A stretch of 64,000 nucleotides of DNA from Spirochaetaceae bacterium (lineage in GTDB: Bacteria; Spirochaetota; Spirochaetia; DSM-27196; SKKC01). Position 1 is the stretch's first letter, and every line of letters starts with the position of its first letter. Both the position numbers and the translations under genes were made by a program. Shown one piece after another: positions 43,421 through 53,080 of the stretch. Location: NCBI GenBank assembly GCA_046542845.1, contig JBKHAN010000001.1:3267-67266 (forward strand), in the 5' to 3' direction. The notes below the pieces were generated by a model. It had not been told where the DNA came from and ran no database searches. It saw only the letters and a program-made list of their open reading frames with translations.

Positions 43421-44148
43421 AACGCGTCAGGACGATGCTGAAACTGCTCGCCGCGGTGCTTCTGCTCACGACGATTCTGATCGCGGCGGTCGTTCTGGAC
43501 GCCGGGACGTATCTTCGGAACGCTCTGAACTGGATCGATTCGATAGGGTTCTGGGGCCCCTTCGTGTACAGCGGTCTCTATATCGCGGTGTGCGTCTTTC
43601 TGATACCGGGATCAATCCTGACGCTCGGGGCAGGCGCGGTCTTCGGGCTGATTCGTGGGACACTGTATACGTCGGTGGCAGCGACACTCGGCGCGACTGT
43701 CGCGTTTATTCTCGGGCGGACGCTGTTGCGGGACTGGGTTTCCCGCACCATCGAGAAGAGGCCGACACTCAGAGCGGTCGACCGTGCGGTAGAAAAAGAA
43801 GGCGGGCGGGTCGTATTTCTCCTGCGACTGTCTCCGCTGATCCCCTTCAGCATTTCCAACTACGTCTACGGACTCACGAGGGTGTCGCTTGGAGCCTATG
43901 TACTCGCTTCCTTCGTCGGGATGCTTCCTGGTGTTTTCGTGTATACATATATTGGAAGCCTCGCGCGGCGCATAGCGGAGCTCGGAACCGGAGGGTCGGG
44001 CACATCGGCTCTCGAATGGGCGCTGTACGTGCTCGGGCTCATTGCCACCGTGTACGCAACCTACCGGATCACGATCGTGGCTCGACGCGCGTTGTCCGAG
44101 ACGGTCGATCCCGCAGAAGATTCAGACGCCGTCGTGGCCGAACCGTGA
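43417..44148 (+). CDS. TVP38/TMEM64 (DedA-related) family membrane protein
   Basis: ATGA overlap with the reductase gene. IPGSILTLGAGAVFG ... LRLSPLIPFSISNYVYGLT. Confidence 0.8.
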   Translation: MKRVRTMLKLLAAVLLLTTILIAAVVLDAGTYLRNALNWIDSIGFWGPFVYSGLYIAVCVFLIPGSILTLGAGAVFGLIRGTLYTSVAATLGATVAFILGRTLLRDWVSRTIEKRPTLRAVDRAVEKEGGRVVFLLRLSPLIPFSISNYVYGLTRVSLGAYVLASFVGMLPGVFVYTYIGSLARRIAELGTGGSGTSALEWALYVLGLIATVYATYRITIVARRALSETVDPAEDSDAVVAEP

Positions 44149-45020
44149 ATACGTTGATTGCCGTGGCGATCGGAATTCTCGGGTCTTCGGTTATCCACAT
44201 ATCGAAGGGCCTCATGAAACTCGGCATACAACGCCTCGGCGGCCGGGATACGCAGTCGCCGAGGCATGTGCGACAGACCCGCACTCGGCTCGTGTATCTG
44301 ACCGGGGTGCTTCTGAACTTCTCGGCGCCTTTGTGGGTCATGGCTGCAAACCTCTTTGCAGAGCCCGTTGTCTACGCGAGTATGTACGCGTCCGGGCTTC
44401 TGTCGCTTTTACTGTTCTCCCGGATCGTGCTTCACGAGCGCCTCACAGCGGCGCAGATGGCAGGTGCTGCGATCATAGCCGCCGGCACCGCTGTTCTCGC
44501 CGTTGCCGAATTCTCGCAACAGTCCCCGGTGCTGACTCTGGATCGTCTGACGACTGTTCTGATAATTGTTGGCGCCTGGCTCTCCGGATCGGTGCTGATC
44601 GCGCGTACCAGCAAACGTGTGCGAGTCTCAGTACAGGAGGTGTGGTTTGGTATCGCAGCCGGTGGCTTCGCCGCCCTCGACGCCGTGCTGAAAGGCATGG
44701 CCCAGCGCTCCGGTGGCACTGCTCTGCTCGTACCATCTGATAGTACCGCGCTTGTCGTGCTTATCGGGAGCTTCGGCGTCGCCGCCATGGCCTTTGTGTT
44801 TATACAGTGGTCGTATATTCGCCACTGCCGCGCATCCATGATGGGTATCGCCTACGACCTGAGTTTCGTCGTCGTGCCGGTGCTGGTCTTTGCGCTCGCC
44901 GTTCCCGGGTATCGGATCAGCGTCCGGACGGCGGGAGGTCTGAGCCTGCTGCTCCTGGGAGTTCTTGTACTCGCATCGCCGGGATTTCGTCCCCATCCTG
45001 TCGCGGAAACAGGGATCTGA
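44145..45020 (+). CDS. NIPA-like / DMT-superfamily membrane transporter
   Basis: GTG at 44145 forms a GTGA overlap. VNTLIAVAIGILGSSVIHISKGLMKLGIQRL plus about 9 TM segments. The upstream part of track ORF 43590..45020 is out-of-frame overlap with the TVP38 gene. Confidence 0.5.
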   Translation: MNTLIAVAIGILGSSVIHISKGLMKLGIQRLGGRDTQSPRHVRQTRTRLVYLTGVLLNFSAPLWVMAANLFAEPVVYASMYASGLLSLLLFSRIVLHERLTAAQMAGAAIIAAGTAVLAVAEFSQQSPVLTLDRLTTVLIIVGAWLSGSVLIARTSKRVRVSVQEVWFGIAAGGFAALDAVLKGMAQRSGGTALLVPSDSTALVVLIGSFGVAAMAFVFIQWSYIRHCRASMMGIAYDLSFVVVPVLVFALAVPGYRISVRTAGGLSLLLLGVLVLASPGFRPHPVAETGI

Positions 45021-45186
45021 AGGGACAATGCCGCGTACACGCGCCATGTCATGCCGGGTTTTCCCGAAAAACCGGGGAATGAATCGACGCCGATCGGGAT
45101 GTTAGTCACGCACAGCAGGGGACATTTAACACAGTCATAGTCGAATTCTCACGCTCGTCTAACACGCCAGGGTACATGTTCTTCTC

Positions 45187-46320
45187 ATGGACAAACGTAG
45201 CGACGACTACGGCGAGCGCGCGCTTGAGCGAGTGTACGCGTCGTCCGAGGAAATACCGATCGACGATTCGAGCCGTATCGTCATCTTCAGCGACCTGCAC
45301 ATGGGCAACGGCAGCTGGACCGACGACTTTCTTCATAACAGTGACATGTTCCGGGAAGTCCTTGCACGACGATACTTCGACGACGATTCCACCCTCATCC
45401 TTAACGGCGATGTCGAAGAACTGCAACGCTTTTCTCGCCGATCCATAGCAGATCGATGGCAAAGTCTGTACGCGCTCTTCCGCGCCTTTCACGTCGACGG
45501 TCGTCTCTACCGCATCGTCGGGAATCACGACCTCGCAAACCTTGGTGACATGGACCACTTTGGAGACGAGCGGCCGCGCGAGGGTCTGATACTCACATAC
45601 AAAAAGCAGAAACTGTTCGTCCTGCACGGACATCAGCCTCTGTGGAAGTACGAGCGGTTTAACAGGTGGATAGGATACTTACTGAAATATCTGCTGAACC
45701 CGCTGAAGATTAAGAACCGAACGGTAGCACACAACAGCAGAAAACGATTTACCACGGAGATTCGCGTTCACGAGTTTGCTCGGAAACGCGGATTGCTCAC
45801 GATCATCGGGCACACGCACAGACCTCTGTTCGAGTCGCTGTCGAAGGTCGACGTCCTGCGCTTTGAAATTGAAGGATATTGTCAGGAGTTTCCGACGGCG
45901 CATCCTGCCCGCCGCACTGAAATCCGAAACAGGATTGGCAGGCTGCAGCAGGAGCTGATGCACACGAACCGCGACTCCCGGAACAGAGGCACGCAACCCA
46001 GCCTGTATAATGCCGACTTTGTTGTGCCCTGCCTGTTCAATTCCGGCTGTGTCCTCGGCAAGCGCGGAATGACCGCACTCGAGATACATAACGGCCGCAT
46101 ACACCTCGTACACTGGTTTGACGGAGCACGGGACCGTCGCGCGCTCCGGAAACATCCCGCAGCCAAACGCCTCGAGGGCACACCGTATTACCGGGTTGTA
46201 TTGAAGGAAGACAGTCTGGACTACGTGTTCAGCCGCATAGGACTGCTCGGGGGGTTCCGACAGACCATCGATCTGGTACCGGGCGAGAAGGTACTCGAAT
46301 CAGGGAGCGACGTCGCATGA
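45187..46320 (+). CDS. calcineurin-like metallophosphoesterase
   Basis: IVIFSDLHMGNG, LNGDVEE, VGNHD, IIGHTHRP. Confidence 0.8.
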   Translation: MDKRSDDYGERALERVYASSEEIPIDDSSRIVIFSDLHMGNGSWTDDFLHNSDMFREVLARRYFDDDSTLILNGDVEELQRFSRRSIADRWQSLYALFRAFHVDGRLYRIVGNHDLANLGDMDHFGDERPREGLILTYKKQKLFVLHGHQPLWKYERFNRWIGYLLKYLLNPLKIKNRTVAHNSRKRFTTEIRVHEFARKRGLLTIIGHTHRPLFESLSKVDVLRFEIEGYCQEFPTAHPARRTEIRNRIGRLQQELMHTNRDSRNRGTQPSLYNADFVVPCLFNSGCVLGKRGMTALEIHNGRIHLVHWFDGARDRRALRKHPAAKRLEGTPYYRVVLKEDSLDYVFSRIGLLGGFRQTIDLVPGEKVLESGSDVA

Positions 46321-47348
46321 AAATTGCATTAGCGGTCAACGGCGAAGGGTTTGGTCACGCTGCGCGTTCAGCCTGTCTTGCGAGAGAACTCGGTAAAGAG
46401 CACGAAGTGGTCATCTGGGCACCCCGGACTGTACTTTCGTTTCTGAGGAGCGAACTTCCGGGCCACTCGTTTCACCATATTCCGGTGCTGAGTATGGTTA
46501 AGAAACATCACAGAATCCTCTACGGGCGAACGCTTCTGAAAAATCTCCGCATTATCGCGGCCACACCCTATATTGTACGGCGTACGCGACGGCAGTTTCA
46601 GAGCGAGGGAATCGAGGCGGTCGTATCCGACTACGAGCCATACTCCTCGCGCGCCGGGGTCCGATGCGGCCTCCCGGTCGTTTCGTTCTGCCATCAGACT
46701 GTACTCGACCGCATACCCGATTTTTCGTTTCCGGGTATCGTAGCGCGGCTGTTGAACCGACTCATGATCCCCCGCGGTGTCGAGCATGTGCTGTCCTGCA
46801 GTTTCTTTGACGGTGACGTTGGTCCGTTGATCCGACCCGAGCTGCGAACACCTGCCGAAGTTTCAGGACGTCATGTGCTGGTGTACGGGTCCGCTTCGAT
46901 CCGGCCCCAACTCGAAGAAGCACTGAAATCCTTTACGGACTGTGATTTCCGCATCTACCCGCGAAAGGACGGAAATTACCTGGAGGATTTCCGGTCGGCA
47001 CGAGCGGTGATCGGGCCTTCGGGGCATCAGATGCTCAGTGAAGCTCTCTGCCTCGGAAAACCGGTGCTTACCTTTCCCCAACCGGGACAAAACGAACAGG
47101 AGCTCAATGCACGTATGGCCGAGGAAACCGGTCTTGCCCGTGTCGGCAGCCTTGATGCAGTGGTACGCGACATAGATCAGTTCCTGTCGCAGGTCGACCA
47201 GCTTCACTTTAATCCTTCCGGGAGCAGACATTCGTTCAAACTGAAGGATGAGTCTGCCGTCGCCGCGGGGCGTATCAGCACGCTGCTTGCGCAGATTTCC
47301 GGCCGGAAATCCGGCCCCGGTCGCACGCACGATCTCGTCCCGGCCTGA
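46317..47348 (+). CDS. GT-B glycosyltransferase (MJ1255 / Glyco_trans_1_3-like)
   Basis: MKIALAVNGEGFGHAARSACLAREL N-terminus and C-terminal GHQMLSEALCLGKPVLTFP. ATGA overlap with the phosphoesterase gene. Confidence 0.65.
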   Translation: MKIALAVNGEGFGHAARSACLARELGKEHEVVIWAPRTVLSFLRSELPGHSFHHIPVLSMVKKHHRILYGRTLLKNLRIIAATPYIVRRTRRQFQSEGIEAVVSDYEPYSSRAGVRCGLPVVSFCHQTVLDRIPDFSFPGIVARLLNRLMIPRGVEHVLSCSFFDGDVGPLIRPELRTPAEVSGRHVLVYGSASIRPQLEEALKSFTDCDFRIYPRKDGNYLEDFRSARAVIGPSGHQMLSEALCLGKPVLTFPQPGQNEQELNARMAEETGLARVGSLDAVVRDIDQFLSQVDQLHFNPSGSRHSFKLKDESAVAAGRISTLLAQISGRKSGPGRTHDLVPA

Positions 47349-47376
47349 CGGTCGCATATGCTGCGAGCGGATCGCT

Positions 47377-47405
47377 TTGACAACACCGCCTGTGGAGGGT
47401 ACGCT
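47377..47405 (+). promoter_or_regulatory. sigma70-like promoter giving a near-leaderless transcript
   Basis: TTGACA, a 17-nt spacer, then TACGCT. The -10 ends 9 nt before the ATG at 47415. Confidence 0.4.
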
Positions 47406-47414
47406 GAATAGCAT

Positions 47415-47897
47415 ATGCAGTACTTGTGGTACGCGCTCGCTGGATTCGCAGTCGCGGGAATCTCTTTTGGAGTTTCACAGAACTTCCGCTCGGTCGCCGG
47501 AGGTGTTGTTCAGGATGGTGAAGTGACCAGGCTCGCAGCCTGTCCGGGTTCGCCGAACTGTGTGTCGTCGTACTCAGGAAGCGGATACGCGTCGCTTGAT
47601 CCCTGGCATTACGGAAACGCCGGACAGTCAGTCGCGCACGACGCGTTGCTGACAGTCCTCGGACGGCAGTCGCGAGTGACCATTGAAACCGACGAGGAAC
47701 ACTACGTCCACACAGTGTGGCGCTCAGAGCTATTTCGTTTTCGGGACGACGTGGAGTTCTATTTTCCGGAAGACGAACCGGTCGTTCATTTCAGGTCGGC
47801 GAGCCGCGTCGGCCAGGGCGACATGGGCGTGAACGAGCGCCGCATGCGCACCCTCGGTCAGGACTTTCAACACACACTCGAGGCCCAGGCGGACTGA
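47415..47897 (+). CDS. DUF1499 domain protein
   Basis: N-terminal TM, then the CPGSPNCVSS hallmark and RFRDDVEFYF. Confidence 0.75.
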   Translation: MQYLWYALAGFAVAGISFGVSQNFRSVAGGVVQDGEVTRLAACPGSPNCVSSYSGSGYASLDPWHYGNAGQSVAHDALLTVLGRQSRVTIETDEEHYVHTVWRSELFRFRDDVEFYFPEDEPVVHFRSASRVGQGDMGVNERRMRTLGQDFQHTLEAQAD

Positions 47898-47903
47898 TTC
47901 CCC

Positions 47904-48356
47904 GTGAAAGCCGCAGGCTTACTGACCCTGTTGACCGTTCTGTGCACCCTCCCCGCCCCGGCTTCCGAACTCCAGGGCACGGCGAGGCCGGGCGCACCGG
48001 GGAACGCCGAACTGCACGTTGCGGCCGGCATTTCCGTTGCCCTTGTCGCAGGCGGTGTACACACCAATCTACACGACAATCGCGCGTCGTCGGCTCTCAC
48101 CGGTGCCGCGCTTGCGCTTACAATCGGCATTGCGAAGGAAGTGGCGGACGCGCTCGGTTTTGGTACGCCGTCGATCGCGGACGCTCTTCTGACCGCGGTC
48201 GGAGGTGCGGCCGGAGCCGGCGCGCTGTACTTGAGCGGCCGTCACGCGGCTTCGGTCGCTTCGAGGCGCACGACCGGGACGGGCGCCGCGCTCTCAGGAC
48301 TCACGTTCTCCGTTCCCGTGCTGCAGGAGCTCATTGACCGAATCCAGCGGATGTAA
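47904..48356 (+). CDS. hypothetical secreted/membrane Gly-Ala-rich protein
   Basis: GTG start 7 nt after the previous stop, a signal-like N-terminus and Gly-zipper-like segments. No family recognised. Confidence 0.4.
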   Translation: MKAAGLLTLLTVLCTLPAPASELQGTARPGAPGNAELHVAAGISVALVAGGVHTNLHDNRASSALTGAALALTIGIAKEVADALGFGTPSIADALLTAVGGAAGAGALYLSGRHAASVASRRTTGTGAALSGLTFSVPVLQELIDRIQRM

Positions 48357-48572
48357 ACACGGTCATGCTCAGGAGGACCTCTTTTGCCCGCACGGAAGGA
48401 AACAGCGAGCGGCCCGTGACGTATCGCGTTTTGCCTGTTAAACCGTTTTCTCATAAAAATCCGGAAACACGCGATAGTAACACACCGCACGTTAGTATAA
48501 ACTACTCAGCATGCGGTGTTCTATCGTATATTTATGCGATGACAGACACGGCACGGTGTCAATCGAATCGCT

Positions 48573-48601
48573 CTGACAGTCGTCCACGGGTATGCTATGC
48601 T
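48573..48601 (+). promoter_or_regulatory. sigma70-like promoter for ABC system #3
   Basis: CTGACA, a 17-nt spacer, then TATGCT. It lies about 35 nt upstream of GGAGG and the ATG at 48638. Confidence 0.4.
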
Positions 48602-48637
48602 CGTGTATCGAACGTAATCCTAATCCGGAGGATACTA

Positions 48638-49906
48638 ATGGACACAAGACGCACATTCCTTGCTTTCATATCGGCCACACTGCTTTTCACGTTGTTTTCG
48701 TTTTTCACGGCGTGCTCAAGCGAAGGTTCCGAGGAGATCGTCCTTACCTGGCCGAGTATATGGGTGGGACAGGACTCAAAATCGGACGTAATGGAAGAAA
48801 TCGTGGCGGAGTTTAACGAAATGCACGAAGGCAGCATTCGTGTCGTTGTAGAACCACAGCCCGATTACGACGGCTACGAGGATACGATCCGCACCAGGCT
48901 CGCATCAGGCGAGGCACCGGATATCTTCACCTTCAAGTTGAGCCCGACGACTGCAGCGTACTACGAAAGCGATCTTCTCATGGACTTTACGGATGAGCTC
49001 GACGACGGTTGGGGAGACGCGTTTAACGAAGGAAATCTGCAGGCGTCAACGATCGACGGCCATACCCGATCGCTTCCCTACGAAATCGGTTTTACGCCAA
49101 TCTGGTATAACCAGGATCTGTTTGACGAAGCTGGTATCGAACGGTTTCCCGAAACCATGGAGGAATTCTGGGACGCAGCCGAGCGCCTCAAGGAAATCGA
49201 CGTGGTCCCGACGAGTCAAATGACCGGAGGAACAAACGCGTGGACGTCGATGCTGTGGTACACGCATTTTGTCGGAAGTTATGGCGGCCCCGACGTGTGG
49301 GAGCGCGGGCTCGACGACCCGGCGTTTGAGCAGGCTGCTGTGATTCTCGAACGGTTGTTCACTGACAACAATACCACCCAGGATGCTATTGGCGCCGATG
49401 CCGGTGTGTCAGGTGGTCACTATCAGGCGGGACGCACGGCCATGTTCATAAACGGTGCCTGGTACATAGGAAACATCCGTGAGAACGCACCAGAGGTATA
49501 CGAGGCAACACGACTCGCTCCAGCTCCGCGGGCGGGTGATTATCACGGGCATCAGGTCGGCTGGCTTCACACCAACCTCGCCGCTGCGAACACGGACGAT
49601 CCGGCGCGACGCGACGCAGTCGTAGCCTTTATGCAGCATCTTACCAGTCCCGAGAACGCTCGGCGGGTGTCGCTCGAATCCGGGTCATTGCTTGCGATCG
49701 AGTTTGACATTCCTTCAGACGAAGAACTTGACCCGCTGCAACAGCGTTTCATAGAAGCGGGTAACGAAGCCGCTTTTCTCATCGATCATCTCGAAGCTTC
49801 GATGCCGGTAGATGTCGTCTACGAGTTCGGACAGGCAATCGGGGCCATGGTGCTCCAGGATGCGTCTGCGGAAGAGTTCGTTACCATGCTGCGGGAGGCC
49901 CAGTAG
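48638..49906 (+). CDS. extracellular solute-binding lipoprotein (ABC, family 1)
   Basis: GGAGG SD, then MDTRRTFLAFISATLLFTLFSFFTAC lipoprotein signal. The track start at 48365 is over-extended. Confidence 0.8.
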   Translation: MDTRRTFLAFISATLLFTLFSFFTACSSEGSEEIVLTWPSIWVGQDSKSDVMEEIVAEFNEMHEGSIRVVVEPQPDYDGYEDTIRTRLASGEAPDIFTFKLSPTTAAYYESDLLMDFTDELDDGWGDAFNEGNLQASTIDGHTRSLPYEIGFTPIWYNQDLFDEAGIERFPETMEEFWDAAERLKEIDVVPTSQMTGGTNAWTSMLWYTHFVGSYGGPDVWERGLDDPAFEQAAVILERLFTDNNTTQDAIGADAGVSGGHYQAGRTAMFINGAWYIGNIRENAPEVYEATRLAPAPRAGDYHGHQVGWLHTNLAAANTDDPARRDAVVAFMQHLTSPENARRVSLESGSLLAIEFDIPSDEELDPLQQRFIEAGNEAAFLIDHLEASMPVDVVYEFGQAIGAMVLQDASAEEFVTMLREAQ

Positions 49907-49912
49907 GGCGAA

Positions 49913-49937
49913 ACGGCCCCTGCACGACAGGGGCCGT
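49913..49937 (+). other. perfect 10-bp stem-loop between SBP and permease genes
   Basis: ACGGCCCCTG-cacga-CAGGGGCCGT with no T-run. Confidence 0.5.
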
Positions 49938-49961
49938 CTGTCGATACGGGTCCGAGGAACT

Positions 49962-50861
49962 ATGAGCATTCAATCGTTTAAGAATAATCGCAACAAAAAG
50001 TGGATCATTCTGTTTCTTGCTCCGGTTATCATTCTGATCGTGACCTTTTTCGCCTACCCGATTGGTTTTCTGCTTGTACTGAGTTTGATGGAGTGGAACG
50101 GAATACAAGCGCCGGTCTTCGTCGGTATCGGAAATTTCCTCAGCGTTTTCTCCGAGTCGGTATTTCAGATTTCCATGCGAAACAATCTTATCTGGGCGCT
50201 GTCCGCTGCCTTCATTCAGATTCCCCTGGCGCTCGTGCTGGCTCTGGTTCTTACGCGTACGCCGCGTGGGTGGAGGTTTTTCAGGACCGCGTATTTTCTG
50301 CCGAATGTAATTTCCCTTGTCGCGCTCGCCATGATGTGGTCGGCACTGTACAACCCGGAGTTTGGACTCATTAACTATCTTCTGGAAGCAGTCGGCGCCG
50401 GGCACCTGACGCGCAACTGGCTCGGCGAGGTTAACACGGCGCTTCCCGCGGTTATTTTCTCGTACCAGATTTATGTCGGCTACTTCATGATCATAATTCT
50501 CGCCGGGAAGCTGTCCATTCCCCGAGAGTTCTACGAGGCGGCGGTTATAGACGGTGCGAACGTGCTGCAACAGGAAATCTATATTACGCTGTATTCGATA
50601 CGCGGAATCATAGTCACGGCGGGGACGCTCGCGGTCGCCTTCGCACTTCGGCAGTTCGAGACGACATTTCTGATGACCGCCGGGGGACCGGCAAACCAGA
50701 CTCCGGTTATGGGGCTGTTCATGTACCGAAGAATGAGTGCACTCGATTACGGGCAGGCAGCCGCGACCGGAGTAATGCTGATCCTCCTCGGCGTTATCAT
50801 CCTGAGCGGACTTCAGGTAATATTCGGGAAGTCAGACGCGGTGGCTGAAAGCCGTCAGTAA
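49962..50861 (+). CDS. carbohydrate ABC transporter permease
   Basis: MSIQSFKNNRNKKWIILFLAP start and EAA loop FYEAAVIDGANVLQQEIYITL. The track start at 49812 overlaps the SBP gene. Confidence 0.8.
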   Translation: MSIQSFKNNRNKKWIILFLAPVIILIVTFFAYPIGFLLVLSLMEWNGIQAPVFVGIGNFLSVFSESVFQISMRNNLIWALSAAFIQIPLALVLALVLTRTPRGWRFFRTAYFLPNVISLVALAMMWSALYNPEFGLINYLLEAVGAGHLTRNWLGEVNTALPAVIFSYQIYVGYFMIIILAGKLSIPREFYEAAVIDGANVLQQEIYITLYSIRGIIVTAGTLAVAFALRQFETTFLMTAGGPANQTPVMGLFMYRRMSALDYGQAAATGVMLILLGVIILSGLQVIFGKSDAVAESRQ

Positions 50862-50881
50862 ACTACACGGGAGAACACGCC

Positions 50882-51748
50882 ATGAATCCGGCTTTCAGCA
50901 CATCGTTGAGAACAACGCCGACACCCCTTACCGTAGTGGTGGGCAGTACGAAGTGGCTGCTTCTGATCGTGTACCTGACCATAGCGCTGTTTCCCCTCGT
51001 CTGGCTCGGTATTTCCTCGTTCAAAACGAATTTCGAGATCGAGACAGCTCCGTTTTCGCTCCCTGCGGTCTGGCAGTTTGAGAACTACCTGAATGCAATT
51101 TCGGTATCCGGGCTTCCACAGTTTTTTCTCAACTCCGTGGTGGTCGCCGCCGTAGCCACAACGGTTAATCTGCTTGTCACGTCCATGGGATCGTTCGTCA
51201 TCGCGCGCGAGCGATTCCCTTTACAAGGCTTCATTTTTTCTTTCATTACCGCGGGTGTGCTGGTTCCCATTGTCTCGTTCATGGTCCCCTATTACGCCCT
51301 GGTAACGGCCCTCGGCATCTACGATACCCTGTTTGCGCTCATTATCACCTACGCGGCGATCAACATCCCGATTTCCACCTTTCTCGTAAGCAGCTTCATG
51401 AAGACGATCCCGCGCGAACTCGAAGATTCGGCAGCGATCGACGGCTGCAGTTTCGTGCAACGGTTCTGGAAAATCATTATGCCGCTTTCTCGCGCGGGCC
51501 TCGTAACCGCGGGTACCTTCGGTTTTATTTACGCCTGGAACGAGTTTATCTACGCGCTGCTGCTCACCTCGTCGCAGAGCGCCCGGACGGTTCAGCTTGC
51601 GATTCGATTTTTTACGAGCCAGTTCCGCACCGACTACGCGGGGCTCTTCGCCGCAATTATCCTCACTATGGTACCAACGGTCCTGGTGTACGTGTTCCTG
51701 CATGACAGAATAATATCGGGCTTGACCGCGGGTGCCGTAAAAGGCTGA
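50882..51748 (+). CDS. carbohydrate ABC transporter permease
   Basis: EAA loop LEDSAAIDGCSFVQRFWKIIMPL. Confidence 0.85.
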   Translation: MNPAFSTSLRTTPTPLTVVVGSTKWLLLIVYLTIALFPLVWLGISSFKTNFEIETAPFSLPAVWQFENYLNAISVSGLPQFFLNSVVVAAVATTVNLLVTSMGSFVIARERFPLQGFIFSFITAGVLVPIVSFMVPYYALVTALGIYDTLFALIITYAAINIPISTFLVSSFMKTIPRELEDSAAIDGCSFVQRFWKIIMPLSRAGLVTAGTFGFIYAWNEFIYALLLTSSQSARTVQLAIRFFTSQFRTDYAGLFAAIILTMVPTVLVYVFLHDRIISGLTAGAVKG

Positions 51749-51829
51749 GCACATGAATAGGTCCGTCGTACACATACTCGTAACCCGAATGACGGAACAC
51801 GGTACCCGCCTGGCTTGGCAGGCATCAGA

Positions 51830-53080
51830 ATGAAGATCCTCCACACTGCCGACTGGCACATCGGACGGACATTGTACGGAAAGAAACGCTACGACGAAAC
51901 GTCCGCCTTCCTCGACTGGCTCGTCAACACGATACGCGATCGTCGCGTCGACGTACTGCTTGTAGCAGGCGACGTATTCGATACGACGACCCCGAGCAAT
52001 CGTGCACAGGCGCTGTATTACGAAACGCTTCCGCGAGTGGCTGAGGCCGGCTGTCGGCACGTCGTGGTGACCGCCGGGAATCACGACTCGCCATCGTTTC
52101 TCACCGCTCCCCGTGACCTGCTGAAAGCGTTGAATGTTCACGTTGTCGGAAGTGCTTCAACCGATCCCGCCGACGAGGTAATCGTGCTTTCGGATACGGC
52201 GGGGCACGCAGAGCTTATTGTCTGCGCAGTTCCCTACCTTCGTGACCGCGATATCCGGGTGGTCGAGGCGGGTGAACGTATAGAAGACAAGGAACACAAA
52301 CTCCTCGCGGGCATCCGTGAGCACTACGCGCTGGTGGGTGCATACGCGGAACAGGTTCGCGAGCGCCTCGCCCGTCCGGTACCTGTCGTCGGGATGGGGC
52401 ACCTCTTTACCGCCGGCGGTCAGACGGTTACCGGAGATGGGGTTCGTGAGCTGTACGTGGGCTCCCTTGCTCACGTTACATCGTCGGTCTTCCCTGCGTG
52501 CTTCTCCTACACGGCCCTCGGTCACCTCCACGTTCCCCAGACAGTCGGCGGCAGCGACGTGATACGCTACAGCGGGTCTCCCATACCCATGGGGTTCGGC
52601 GAAGCAGGGCAGACAAAGACGGTATGCCTTATTGAGTACGAACCGGATGCGGGGACCGACGAAGCTGCATCACCGACGGTACACAGCGTCAATATCCCGG
52701 TCTTCCAGGCGATTGCAGAGATCACCGGCGACTGGAAGCACATATCACAGCGAATAGATGAGTACCGCCGACAGGGTACCGCCGTGTGGCTTGAGATTAC
52801 CTACGAGGGAACGGAGATTACCGGGGACCTTCGCGATCGACTCGAGCAGGCGATCGCAGGGACGCGGCTTGAGATACTGCGGGTGAGAAACACCAGAATT
52901 ACAGACCGCGTCCTCGGCGCAATGCGCGAAGACGAACACCTCGAAGAGCTTGACCTCTACGACGTCTTCGAGCGCTGCATGGCAGTACACGGTGTACCCG
53001 AGGATCAGCAGGTAGAGCTTCGTAGCGTCTACCGGACCGCTGTTCGGTCTCTCGACGAACTGGACGCACGAGCGGAATGA
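51830..53080 (+). CDS. sbcD: exonuclease SbcCD, nuclease subunit D
   Basis: MKILHTADWHIGR, LLVAGDVFD, TAGNHDS, LGHLH. Confidence 0.9.
   Translation: MKILHTADWHIGRTLYGKKRYDETSAFLDWLVNTIRDRRVDVLLVAGDVFDTTTPSNRAQALYYETLPRVAEAGCRHVVVTAGNHDSPSFLTAPRDLLKALNVHVVGSASTDPADEVIVLSDTAGHAELIVCAVPYLRDRDIRVVEAGERIEDKEHKLLAGIREHYALVGAYAEQVRERLARPVPVVGMGHLFTAGGQTVTGDGVRELYVGSLAHVTSSVFPACFSYTALGHLHVPQTVGGSDVIRYSGSPIPMGFGEAGQTKTVCLIEYEPDAGTDEAASPTVHSVNIPVFQAIAEITGDWKHISQRIDEYRRQGTAVWLEITYEGTEITGDLRDRLEQAIAGTRLEILRVRNTRITDRVLGAMREDEHLEELDLYDVFERCMAVHGVPEDQQVELRSVYRTAVRSLDELDARAE

Noticed and set aside
43590-45020. 476-aa ORF suggesting one large protein
   Set aside because: Its first 185 codons overlap the TVP38 gene in another frame and look non-protein-like. 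The hydrophobic NIPA-like part starts at GTG 44145, which forms a GTGA overlap with the TVP38 stop.
45021-45186. Imperfect hairpin CCGGGTTTTCCCGAAAAACCGG after the NIPA-like gene as a terminator
   Set aside because: The stem is interrupted by a bulge and is not followed by a T-run, so the evidence is too weak to annotate.
48365-48637. Over-extended 5' ends in track ORFs: 48365, 49812, 34102, 41852, 39505, 39809, 32178, 57619, 59897, 59811, 29769, 51815, 9857
   Set aside because: In each case an internal ATG or GTG gives a canonical N-terminus, such as a signal peptide or a conserved first motif. These internal starts often have an SD or a 4-nt overlap with the upstream gene, whereas the upstream extension crosses promoters or neighbouring genes.
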